From Chiloscyllium plagiosum (lineage: Eukaryota), in the NCBI RefSeq assembly GCF_004010195.1, contig NC_057752.1, forward strand, positions 9,002,766 to 9,066,765: a stretch of 64,000 nt of DNA, in the 5' to 3' direction. The position numbers and the translations under genes were made by a program. The notes under the pieces were generated by a model. It did no database searches. It had not been told where the DNA came from and worked only from the letters and a program-made list of their open reading frames with translations. Below are positions 24,385 to 36,249 of this stretch, one piece after another (positions within the stretch are counted from its first letter, which is position 1; the number at the start of each line of letters is the position of its first letter).

Positions 24385-26270
24385 GTTCAGTTGGGGCGCT
24401 TGAGAGTTACAAGCTAGCCAGGAAAGACCTAAAGAGAGAGCTAAGAAGAGCCAAAGGGAACATGAGAATTTGTTGGCAGATAGGATCAAAGAAAACCCTA
24501 AAGCTTTCTATAGGTATATCAGGAATAAAAGAATGACTAGACTAAGTTTAGTGCCAATCAAGGATAGTAGTGGAAAGTTGTGTGTGGAGTCCAAGGAGAT
24601 AGGAGAAGCGCTAAATGAATATTTTTCGTCTGTATTCACACTGGTAAAAGACAATGTTGTTGAAGAGAATACAGAGATATAAGCTACTAGACTAGACAGG
24701 ATTGAGGTTCACAAGGAGGAGGTGTTAGCAATTCTGGAGAGTGTGAAAATAGATAAGTTCCCTGGGCTGGATGGGATTTATTTTAGGATTCTTTGGGAAA
24801 CCAGGGAGGAGGTTGTATAGCCTTTGGTTTTGATCTTTATGTCGTCATTGGCTACAGGAATAATGCCAGAAGACTGGAGGATAGCAAATGTCCTCCCCTT
24901 GCTCAAGAAGGGGAGGAGAGACAATCCTGGTCATTATAAACCAGTGAGCCTTACTTCAGTTGTGGATAAAGTGTTGAAAAAGGTTATAAGAGATGAGATT
25001 TATAATCATCTAGAAAGGAATAAGTTGATTAGGGATAGTCAACACAATTTTGATAAGGGTAGATCGGGCCTCACAAACCTTATTGAGTTCTTTGAGAAGG
25101 TGACCAAATAGGTGGATGAGGGTAAAGCAGTTGATGTGATGTATATGGATTTCAATAAGGTATTTGATAAAGTTTTCCACGGTAGGCTATTGCACAAAAT
25201 ACATGGGAGGCATGGGATTGAGGGTGATTTAGCGGTTTGTATCAGAAATTGACTAGCTGAAAGAAGACAAGGTGATGGTTGATGGGAAATGTTCATCCTG
25301 GAATTCAGTTACTAGTGGTGTACCGCAAGGATCTGTTTTGGGGCCACTGTTGTTTGTCATTTTTATAAATGTCCTGGATAAGGGCATAGAAGGATGGGGT
25401 AGTAAATTTGCAGATGATTTGTGAGTTGTGGATAGTGCCAAAGGATGTTGCCGGCTTTAAAGGGGCATAGATAAGCTGCAGAGCTGGGCTGAGAGGTGGC
25501 AAAAGGAGTTTAATGTGAAAAAGTGTGAGGTATTTCACTTTGGGATGAATAAAGAGTGCTGGGCTAATGCTAAGATTCTTGACAGTGTAGATGAGCAGAG
25601 AGATCTCGATGTCCATGTACATAGATCCCTGAAAGTTCCCACCCAGGTTGATCAGGTTATTAAGAAGACATATTGGTGTGTTAAGTTTTTATTAGTAGAG
25701 GGATTGAGTTTCAAAGCCATGAGGTCATGCTGCATCTGTACAAAACTCTGGTGTGGCCGCACTTGGAGTATTGCATATAGTTCTGGTCACCGCATTATAA
25801 GAAAATATCGAAGCTTTGGAAAGGGTTCAGAGGCGATTTACTAGGATGTTGCCTGGTATGGAGGGAAGGTCTTATGAGGAAAGGCTGAGGGAATTGAGGC
25901 TGTTTTCATTCCAACGATGAAGGTTGAGAGGTGACTTAATTGAGACATATAACATAATCAGAGGGTTAGATAGGGTAGATAGTGAGCGCCTTTTTCCTAG
26001 GATGGTGATGTCTAGCATGAGAGCATAGCTTTAAATTGAGGGGTGATAGATATAGGGCAGATATCAGAGATAGTTTCTTTAATCAGAGTAGTAGGGGCAT
26101 GGAACACCCTGCCTGCAACAGTAGCAGACTCGCCAACTTAAAGGGCATTTAAATGGTCAATGACTAAACTTATGGATGAAAATGGAATAAGATAGGCTTC
26201 AGATTGGTTTCACAGGTCGGTGCAACATCACGGGCCGAAGGGCCTGTACTGTGCTGTAATATTCTATGTT
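24385..26270 (+). mobile_element. CR1 LINE, decayed ORF2 3' half
   Basis: [38 protein letters not shown] motifs with stops. Confidence 0.95.
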
Positions 26271-26579
26271 CATCTTATTCAGAAGAAAAGAATCCTCCAC
26301 CCTCCATTAAAATAAAGTTTTAATTATTTAATTCTTAACATATCTGCTAAATTAGATATATCAGCTTATTGGGGACTGTCGATGAGTTGCTGCTTTTTAA
26401 ATCATTTATTCTCCTGAAATTTTAATTGTTTTTTGATCTAATTGATGACTCTGCTGAGGCAAACAACCTAGCTTTTGACACTGAATACATTATTTACTTA
26501 ATTCCGATGTAGGAAGCTGATTTTATTTTGGCTGTCAATGCATTTACATTTTTTCATATTGTTCTGTATTTAATTTAAG

Positions 26580-26681
26580 GTTCAGGAAGGTATCCACCCA
26601 GAAATCTCCCAGCTGTATTTGGTGGCAAAGCCTTTCTCGGGACGTCCATTAGAAATACGATACATTAATGCACGCCAGATG
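26580..26681 (+). CDS. LETMD1: LETMD1 coding exon 6 (VQEGIHPEISQLYLVAKPFSGRPLEIRYINARQM)
   Basis: aag acceptor, ATG|gtgagc donor; aligns to human IQRGTHPAI...FSNHPL. Confidence 0.9.
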
Positions 26682-26956
26682 GTGAGCAATTGGCTGAAAC
26701 CTTCTAAGAAGTCTATTTCTGTGAACTATTAAGCAGGTTTAATTAACGACACAGCTTAATGGAACTCTGCCATGCTGTGTTTTCAATGTTTTTGTTGAGA
26801 TAGTGGAGTAATTTGTTGGGCATTTTTGTAAAGTGAAATTTCATGGCTTGTTTTCTTTCAACAATATTTAAGTCCCATTTGAAATGAAAGGAATAGAGGA
26901 AATGTTACACCCATTTGCTTGCTTTCCCCCTCTTTCAACTGCTGTTATGTTCTTAG

Positions 26957-27109
26957 AAAACCTTGAGCAAGGTGATGTTTCTGACTCCACACTTGCCTAC
27001 CTTCATCATGCGCCATCGCCTCCGGAGCCACATAATGGAGATTCATCATTTGGACCAAGCTCTCAATGTCTTCGGTGTTCACAACCTGTCAGAGGATGAA
27101 CTGAGGACT
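26957..27109 (+). CDS. LETMD1: LETMD1 coding exon 7 (KTLSKVMFLTPHLP...RHRLRSH...LDQAL...ELRT)
   Basis: ttag acceptor, ACT|gtgagt donor; matches human KALSRAMLLTSYLP...RHRLKTH. Confidence 0.95.
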
Positions 27110-27144
27110 GTGAGTAAAAAAGAATTGATGTTGTGTAGTTTACA

Positions 27145-27390
27145 TAACAACAACAACTTGCATTCATTTAATGCCTTTAACAGAAGTTTATTCCAATGAA
27201 AATAGAGGCCAAAACAAAGAAGTGCCATTTGTTTTGAGAAGGTATATTTTAAAGAAGTCATTGAGGAGGCAAAGAAGAGTAGTTTCTAGAAAGGAATTCA
27301 GCTACTTAGGGCCTGGATGGCAGAAGGCACAGCCACCAGTGATGGGGCGAAAGAATTGGAGGAGCGCAGATTTCTTCGGTTGTGGGGCTG
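27145..27390 (-). mobile_element. L2-like LINE 3' relic
   Basis: aacaacaacttgcattc... tail and similarity to the reverse complement of 53230-53880; related pieces ~6440-6800, 55560-56050. Confidence 0.55.
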
Positions 27391-28846
27391 GAGTAATATA
27401 GAGACAGGAAATTGATTTTGACCGGGTTGACCTGCCAGTGAAGTGCACTGGCCAGTCATCCATATGCACAGTGAAATGGTGGCCCTTATTCTGAGGCACT
27501 GGTCTCCATGATATCAGGCAAGCATGTTGTGGGGCACCAAACAAACATCCCAGTACGGCTTGCAAAATCATACAGTGCTGGCCACTAACAATGTTAAGGA
27601 TGGCATGTAGGTTCCAGTGCAGTAAAAACCTACATTGTTTTTGTCAGACCATAAGAAGTACTTTGAATTAGAAGCAGACAGTATTGTCTTGTCATTTGGA
27701 AAATAGCATGTACTTTAGGTGGGGTTAGAGGGGCCTGAATGGGAGAAATATTTTTTTACATCTTGAACCCATTGTCTCAAAGTGACCTTGTGAATGGATT
27801 TTGTTTATAATATCCCACCGTGTCCTTTTCAAATTTGTGCTTGGGTGACATAATGCAGAGAGAATGTAAATGTGGATAGTGTCATTAAAAGAGTTGTTTA
27901 TTAGCTAGGGTTTTCTTTCATTTCTCCACCATGCTAATGATACATTACTAACATTGTAGACTTAATTGTTACTCTGCTGAATAAACAGACCATTATCATC
28001 AGATGCATGTGTGGAGCTGATGTTTTGAGCCTAGCCTGTCTGAACTTGGTGAATGAAAGTCTTGAACAGATTCACCTATTTGTCGTTCAGATGTGGAAAC
28101 CACTGCTGGGCTTGACTTGAATCAGTCGGTGATGAGCGGAATATTGTGCTGTTTTTATCTATGTTTTCATGTATTAACCTTCTGATGTCGTCTTGTTCAA
28201 TGAAATGTTATTGTTACAAAATATAAATATGTCCATCACTAGATTAAGGAAATCTTGTCCAACATTTTACCCGATACCTTTGGCTTGACATTTCATTTCT
28301 CATATAGCTCTTTTAAAAGTCAACCTTAGTTTTTCAGGGATCAAAAGCCACTGGCTGTCCACCCACTCCCACCCATACACACTCAATAAAGAAGTTTCAA
28401 TGGGTAGGAGAAGCTATCCAAAAAGCTCTGTTGTGAATCTGCTTAGCTATCAAGAACTTCTTAAAATGATGCTTTATTAACATCACCCAATCGTTTCCCT
28501 GTGAAGGCACAACCACAACTGAAGGTGAACCTATCCAACTGCAGCCGACCATCCCTCAATAGGATACACTCATCTGTATAATAGCAACAGTCTGGAAGCA
28601 GTTAGCTGATCCATGTATAGGTTCCTATGGCAGCCCACAGTATGCAAACCCCTGCAAATAATGCTTTTTAAAAAGTTGACTACTTAAACTTTCGCGCAAA
28701 ACATTGATGTCTCAGATTTGACTTTTACACAGGTATGTATGCAAATTGCAAAAAAAAAGTTTCATATTATTTTATATTATTTGTTTCTCCATTTGTCTCT
28801 GAGAGTGTAGTTTGTCTGATCAATGTTTTGTGGTTCTGATTTCAAG

Positions 28847-28943
28847 GCATGTTATATAAGAGGTCTGAACTCAGTGCACCTGAATGCAGCAGAGTGTAAG
28901 GAATGGTTAACCAAATGGGTGCAACTTTCTAAGAAGTTAAAAG
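28847..28943 (+). CDS. LETMD1: LETMD1 coding exon 8 (ACYIRGLNSVHL...WLTKWVQLSKKLK)
   Basis: aag acceptor, G|gtaaaa donor; matches human ACYLRGLNSTH. Confidence 0.95.
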
Positions 28944-29509
28944 GTAAAAGTTTACAGAGCAAGTGCCTCTTATTACTGATAATATAATGGCTGTCTTTTG
29001 GTCGCTATAAAATCACAGACTTCTAAAATGCAGGAAGGTGGCTGGCTTTTTGAAAGTATTATCACTAAATCTGTTTCTCATACCCTTTGGAAATTTTTGC
29101 CTCCCATTTATTCAGCCATTCTATTTTCACAACCGTTTCCAATACGGAATTCCCTGAACTAACAGCGGTTTGCCTGATTCCATATAATTAACTAAGACAC
29201 CATGGTGAACAGATGCTTCGGGCAACTACGTTATTTTTTCTTGGATATGGTAATTCATGAATAGCAAGTTGAAGACCAAGCCTTTCCCCACAGGAAGGGA
29301 AATTGAGAAAGGGATATCTCAACTCCAGAAGTAGGGAAGAGGCCGCATGCCTAGCTAATCTATGAGAATGGATAGAAATGCCTGAGGTAGACACACCTAA
29401 TGAAACTGTCTTAGGCCAAATACAAAAGCTAATGTTTGCTTCCACAAATGCCAGTGACATGAATGAACAAATGGTCTGTTTTGGTGTTTGATGGTCTGTT
29501 TTTGGGTTG

Positions 29510-30620
29510 ATTATAATCCCTACAATGCAAAAGGAGGCCATTTGGCCCACTCGGACCCAGTCCCCTATCCTATCCCCATCACCTTACGTTTACAATAGTT
29601 TATCCAAATATCCTACATATCCCACATATCCCTGAACACTATGCGCAATTTAGCACAGCCAATCCACCTAACCTGCACACCCGTTGCACTGTGGGATGAA
29701 ACTGGAATACCCAGAGGAAACCCAGCAGATAGGAGTTTAATTTAGATAAATGCGAGGTGCTGCATTTTGAGAAAGCAAATCTTAACAGGACTTATACACT
29801 TAATGGTAAGGTCCTAGGGAGTGTTGCTGAACAAAGAGACCTTGAAAGTGGAGTCGCAGGTAGATAGGATAGTGAAGAAGGCATTTGGTATGCTTTCTTT
29901 TATTGGTCAGAGTATTGAGTACAGGAGTTGGGAGGTCATGTTGCAGCTGTACAGGATATTGGTTAGGCCACTGTTTGAATATTGCGTGCAATTTTGGTCT
30001 CCTTCCTATCAGAAGGAGGTTGTGAAACTTGAAAGGGTTCAGAAAATGTTGACAAGGATGTTGCCAGGGTTGGAGGATTTGAGCTATAGGGAAAGGCTGA
30101 ATAGGGTAGGACCATTTTCCCAGGAGGCTGAGGGGTGACCTTAGAGAGATTTAGAAAATCATGAGGGGCATGGATAGGATGAATAGATAAAGCCTTTTCC
30201 CCGGGGTGGGGGAGTGCAGAACGAGAGGGCATATATTTAGGGTGATCGGGGAAAGATATAAAAGAGACGTAAGGGACAACCTTTTCACACAGAGGGTGGT
30301 ACGTGTATGGAATGAGCTGCCAGAGGAAGCGGTGGAGGTTGGTACAATGACAACATTTAAAAGGCATCTGGATGGGTATATGAATAGGAAGGGTTTGGAG
30401 AGATATGGGCCAAGTGCTGGCAGGTGGGACCAGATTGGGTTGGGATACCTGGTCGGCATGGATGGGTTGGACCGAAGGATCTGTTTCCGTGCTGTATATC
30501 TCTATGACTGTAAGAGGTGAATGTACAAACTCCACACAGACAATTGCCCAAGACTGGAATTGAACCTGGGTCTCTGGTGCTGTGAGGCAGCAGTGCTAAC
30601 CACTGAGTCATCACGCTGTC
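29510..30620 (-). mobile_element. HE1-type SINE split by a CR1 insertion
   Basis: Tail/core at 29510-29725, head at 30512-30620. Confidence 0.85.
29726..30509 (+). mobile_element. CR1 LINE 3' fragment (same subfamily as 15785-16640)
   Basis: LKVESQVDRIVKKAFGML...QFWSPSYQK...WNELPEE. Confidence 0.95.
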
Positions 30621-31311
30621 CTAATATGGAATAAACCTTGACACTAGGAAAACTTTCTCCTTCTCTTCAAGTAGTGCCATGGCAATGAAACACATGGCCT
30701 TTGGTTTAATGTCTCATAATAGTACAGCACTCCCTCACTACTGTACTGGAATGTCAACCGAGATTTTTTGTTTTATCTACAGTGGGCCGAATTTTCCAAA
30801 TGACCAACCTTCTAATATTCATTTCTCTTTCTCACTGTAGAATCAATAGGGATAATTTATCCTCATTGCTCTTCTGAACCATTTATTGCAATCAGTGTCG
30901 CGCTCATTCAGTCTATGCTTACCATTTCCAAGTATACACTTACATTGCTTGGACAGTATTGTATCTTTGTAGGTGTTCCATTTGTAGTGTTTTAAACTTC
31001 TGTAATTTTTTTAAAGCTCTTTCTCTATTTCTTTGAGGTTAGACTTTTTAAAGAGAAAGGAGAGAGAAAAGGTCAGACTCACTGTTTAATAGAGTGGTGA
31101 AGATTTTTCCCATTTGTGCTATTGGTGAAAATTCTATTTTGCTCTGTTTGGAGAGTCACAGGTTTCTGAAAAAATAAAACTGTAAGAGCTGTGGTCAGGA
31201 TAGGAGTCACATTTTTACATAGCTAGGTTTTTTTTGTAATAGTGGTAAATACATAAAAACATCTATCAGTTCGAAATTTAAAAAAAAAACTGAAATACTT
31301 TCTGATTTCAG

Positions 31312-31388
31312 ATTCTGAAGCCTCGCTGCTGTTACATAGCATGGTGTTACTTTCCACAAATTACCACAATTCCAGAAAAAGCAAGTAA
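31312..31388 (+). CDS. LETMD1: LETMD1 last coding exon (DSEASLLLHSMVLLSTNYHNSRKSK*)
   Basis: ttcag acceptor; matches human SLLLHNVVLLSTNY; TAA stop; joined CDS is 1056 nt = 351 aa. Confidence 0.95.
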
Positions 31389-33666
31389 GCCTTAGATGGG
31401 CAATTCCAGTTTTGCATTTGTTTACCTAAGACATCTGTGTTGTGTTGACAACGTACTATTCCTACATTACTGCAAGAATGAGACTCCAGAATTCAAAAGA
31501 TTGTCATAGCTAGCCTCTTATTGTGTAATGATTGTGTTTGGAGGCAGATTTCCCCTAATGAAATTCAATGCATTTATCTGAGTGAAAAAGAAAAATATGT
31601 ATTCCATCGTTTATTTAAAAGCGCACACATGAATTAATTTAAAAGAAACAATGCTTTTGGACCAATACTTTTATAGCTTACTGCAGTGGGAGATCATTTT
31701 TGATATGTTTGCAGTCAAGTCATGTGCAAATTTTTGATTGTTGGAAGATTTGACCAGTAGTAAAGGGACACTTAAAATTGCTATTAAAATAAGAGGTTAA
31801 TATAATGTCATAAGTTATATGCAAATGCCTTAGCAACTTCAGACAAAGCCAAGTGTGTGATCAAATGCAGCAATGTTGCAGTCAAAGCTGCACTGCTCCT
31901 TCCTTTGCTTTGTGGTAAAGGCATGTCACTGTCTGGCTCATTATTCAAATGCTTTGAGTAACATGAAACTTGGACTATATAAACAACATCTTTTTTTTAA
32001 AAAAAAGTCACTGAATACTTCTTCAAATTTTCCCCATTTCACTTTTCACTTAATGCAGCTATTGATTTTGCAGTTGAAATACAGAGGGGACATGGAAAAT
32101 TCACCTTTTGCATAGTAGATTGAACTCATGACCAACCTAATGCTTATGATTCACACTCCAATGCTAAAGATATTCAGGTCAATAATACCAAAACTAAAGC
32201 AAAATATTGCAGATGCTGGAAATCTGAAATAAAACCAAATTCTGAAAACACTCAAAAGCTTAAGAATGAGAAATAGAGTTAACGTTTCAGATCATTGACC
32301 TTTTGTCAGAACTCTGCTGGCCAAACACATTGAAGTACCTGATGTCAAGTGGGGCTAGATCTACTGTTTTAAGCATATTTATGGCACTCTGATATTTCAT
32401 TAATGGCCATATAAATTGGTGTTAGTGCATTTTTGGAGAGTATTTTTGCATTTGCTGAATGCTTTAAGCTTGTAGCTACCTGTATAATCAAATAGAATGT
32501 CATGTCTTTGTCAAAACTGCTGGCACAGTTTACTGAGGGATTGTTATAAGACACTGATTTGAATATTTAACTCAACTCAAAGGGAAAAAAGTGATGTTTA
32601 CTTAATTATCTGCTGCCCATGTTAATTCCTCTGCCAGTAATAGGCAACAAGAGTGAGTGCAAATTAGTGGTAGCTTCTACACTGTCTTACTTGAAGTATT
32701 GCTGCCTACTATATGCCCATATTGTTTTGATTTCATCTTATTTTTTTAAATATCATTCGTCCCAGTTCCTGTTTCACACTACACTTTGTGATGTAGTTCC
32801 ACCGCACTAGCACACTGTCACCTGAGCAATGAGTTTTGCTATTCAAAATATATGGTTGCTTCATGACAGTAAAGTAGAAGCACTGATGCCAAGAATTCAA
32901 TAGGAGGAGTCTACCAGAGCTTGAATATTGTGCAGAGTCATTTTTTTTCTTAAATTCAAAATTCTGACTCTGCTACACTGTAGAATCCTGGATAATTGTT
33001 GCTGTTTATGTAACTCAAGTTAGGTTTACTTCTCCTACTTTCCACCTCAATCTTTATGCTGCAATGCTGTGTGATGTGTTTAGAGTACCTTAGGTACAGA
33101 GGAGTGGAGCTGGAAATATTTCTTTCAAAGTTGAACAGAAGATGATATAGGTGGTTTTCATCTTAAGCATCCAGCCAGTGGCTGAATGGATTGCCCTGCA
33201 AAACATCTATCCAATTGAGAGTGAAGATGAAAAGAACCTCCCAAGCTCTGTCCTTTCCAAACAAGGGCAGCAAGTTGGCATCTGAAACTGTGCCATTTAT
33301 TAACACAAGTGAACAACTTGAATCGTTTTGTGAATTTCGAGTTTAGATTTCCCAAACAGTGGGCATGAACTAACATTACTCAGCAGGCATTTGAATTAAT
33401 AGCACCTACATTGCACTGATAACCTGCTTATATGTTCCAGTACTACTGATTGTTTCTTTGGAATTGCACATCGCATAAGAGATTTTTAAAAAAAGTTTAC
33501 TTGAAATTTTTTTTTAATGTGAAGATGGATACCTTCATTTCATAAGTATTTTTATTCAGAGATGTATTGTGAGTGGATATGTGTTTGGAATGCTAATGAG
33601 GTTTGTGCATAAAATGGCCTCTGTTTTGGCTCATGTCAATGTGGAAAAATATACGCCTGTTATGTC

Positions 33667-33672
33667 AATAAA
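33667..33672 (+). terminator. Probable LETMD1 polyadenylation signal
   Basis: AATAAA followed by a T/GT-rich tract (ttttgtgttctttttgacttgttt); TE-dense DNA starts just after. Confidence 0.55.
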
Positions 33673-33999
33673 ATTATTTTGTGTTCTTTTTGACTTGTTT
33701 CGTAATACCAGCACTGGTTGTGCTGTTTATTGACCAGTGCACTAGGCCGAAAGGCTGTTATATCTTGAGTGAATTAGATTTTCCAATATAATATTTACCA
33801 CATCCAAAAGTGATAGAGCTTCCAGTTCCCTCTGAATGTCAACAATGGACTGTAGTGCCTAGAATGTGCCTCTCAGACAGATAATCAGACAAGACAGACA
33901 GTGAACTAAAGGAGATATTAGGAAGGGTTGACTAAAAAGATGGGTTTTAAAAGGGGGAGAGAGAGAAATTTCAAGGTTTGAAGAAGTGTAGTGAATAAG

Positions 34000-36180
34000 G
34001 TTAGCATGGTTTTGTGAAAGGGAAATCCTAACCAATTTATTGGAATTCTTTGAAGGAGTAACACACTATGGATAAAGGGGAGCATATTGATGTACTATAT
34101 TTGGGTTTCCAGAAGACATTTGGCAAGGAGCCAGATAAAAATTCATTCTATTAAGTAGAGGCTCATAGTATTAAGAAAGGGGGGGGGAAGCTGTGTGTAA
34201 TTGGCTGGCTGGCAAAAAGCATATATCGATCTCTCTCAGATTGGTAACGTGTCAAATGGGATCTCAAGTATTTGTGCTGCTGCTCAACCTTTTACAATTT
34301 ATACCAGTAACTTAGATGAGGGGGTCAAAGGCATCAGATGATGCAAAGATAGGTACAAAAGCATGTTGTGAAGATGACATAATCTCTATCCTCTGCATCC
34401 TTACTGAGTGAGCAAAATTCTGGTAGATGGAGTATAATATGAGGAAATGTGAAGTTGAGCGTCATTTCCTAGCTGAAAATGTTGCTGGAAAAGCGCAGCA
34501 GGTCAGGCAGCATCCAAGGAACAGGAGAATCGACGTTTCGGGCATAAGCCCTTCTTCAGAGTTCCTCTTAGCCACATTGTGTCTAAGCAAAACAGTCCCA
34601 ACTTCTTCAATCTGTCTTCAAGTGAAATTTTTCATCCCTGGAACCATTCTTAAATGGCTGCTGCATTCTCCTGTTCCTTGGATGCTGCCTGACCTGCTGC
34701 GCTTTTCCAGCAACACATTTTCAACTCTGATCTCCAGCATCTGCAGTCCTCACTTTCTCCTCGTCATTACCTAGCGCCAATCTCCTGCTTTTTCCTCATA
34801 CCCTTGCACCCTATTTCTATCCAAATAATTATCTAATACTTTGTTGAATGCCTCAACTGAACCTGCCTCCACTGCACTTCCTGATAGTACGTTGCATTCC
34901 ATACTTTAACTAGTCACTGTGAAAAAGCTTTTCCTTACCATGCATTTGCTGCTTTTGCAAATCACTTTAAATCTGTTCCCTCTGAATCTTAATCCTTGTA
35001 CAAGCAGGAACAGTTTCTCCCTATCTACTCAATCCAGACTCAAAATTTTGACAACCTCTATCAGAGTTCCTCTTAGCCACATTGTGTCTAAGCAAAACAG
35101 TCCCAACTTCTTCAATCTGTCTTCAAGTGAAATTTTTCAACCCTGGAACCATTCTTAAATGGTTGCTGCACTCTCTCCAATGCCGCCTTCAGATGTAGCA
35201 ACCATGACAGGACACAGTACTCCAGCTGAGGTTAACATCACCTCTTTGCTGATGTACTCATGTACTTGTATTAATAAAGCCAAGGATACTTTATGGTTTA
35301 TTAATTGCTCTCAACCTGTCCTGCCATCTTCAATATGTCCAGGTCTGTCTGGACCTGCAACCCCTTTAGAGGTGTACTCCCTATTCTAATTGTCTTTCAA
35401 TGTTCTTCCTACCAAACATCATTTGCAACCACTTTGCTGTTTTATTTAAAGTACAGTATTACTTAAACAGAGAATGACTATCGAATTCCAAGATACCAAG
35501 GGATCTAGGTGCTCGAGTGCATCAGTCACAAAAGATTGGTACACAGGTACAATACAATCAGGAAAGCTAATAAGATGCTAGCCTTTATTACAAGAGGAAT
35601 TCAACATAAAACTAATAGTCCTCCTCTTCAGTTACATAGTATTCAAGATATAGTCTCACCCGTGTCCTAAGTGAAGTTCTGGTCTCCTTAAGGAATTATG
35701 TAAATCTGTTTGATATGGTTTAGAGGAGATTTACTAAACTGGTACCTGAAATGAGTGGGTTGTCTGATGAGGAAACAGTGGACAGGCTGGGCTTATTTTC
35801 ACTTGAGTTCAGAAGAGCAGAAGGTGGAGTAGTTTATAATATACTGAACAGTTCTTGAGAAGGTGTCTGTGGAAAGAACATTTACTCTTTTGGGTGATTC
35901 CAAAACTATGGGACGTTGTTTTAAAATTAGGGATCACCCTTTTATTGATGAGGTGAGGGGAAATTTCCTCTGAGGGTTCTATGACTTTGGAATACTTTGC
36001 CTCTGGGAGGCAAGGTTATGAATATTCTTAAAGTGGAGACTGATTCCCTTGCCAGACAAGAATCTAAGGTTATCAGGGATAGATGGGAATGTGGAATTCA
36101 GAGCACGTCCAGACCAGTCATAACCTCATTGAATGGCAGAACAGGCTTGAAGAACCAAATGCCTTACCTCTGCTAATTTG
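34000..36180. mobile_element. Cluster of old CR1 fragments (+ 34000-34455, - 34780-35430, + 35440-36180)
   Basis: Degenerate RT and 3' tail motifs. Confidence 0.75.
34474..34761. mobile_element. Fold-back Neptune-type PLE terminal element with a captured 110-bp insert
   Basis: Family arms; TSD cgtcatt(t/a)cctagc 34460-73 / 34762-75; centre duplicates 35061-35170. Confidence 0.88.
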
Positions 36181-36249
36181 TACACAAGTCCAGATTTATG
36201 GCCCTTGCTGGTAAAAGGCAAGCCTTATGATGGCACAAAGAGAGGGCGG

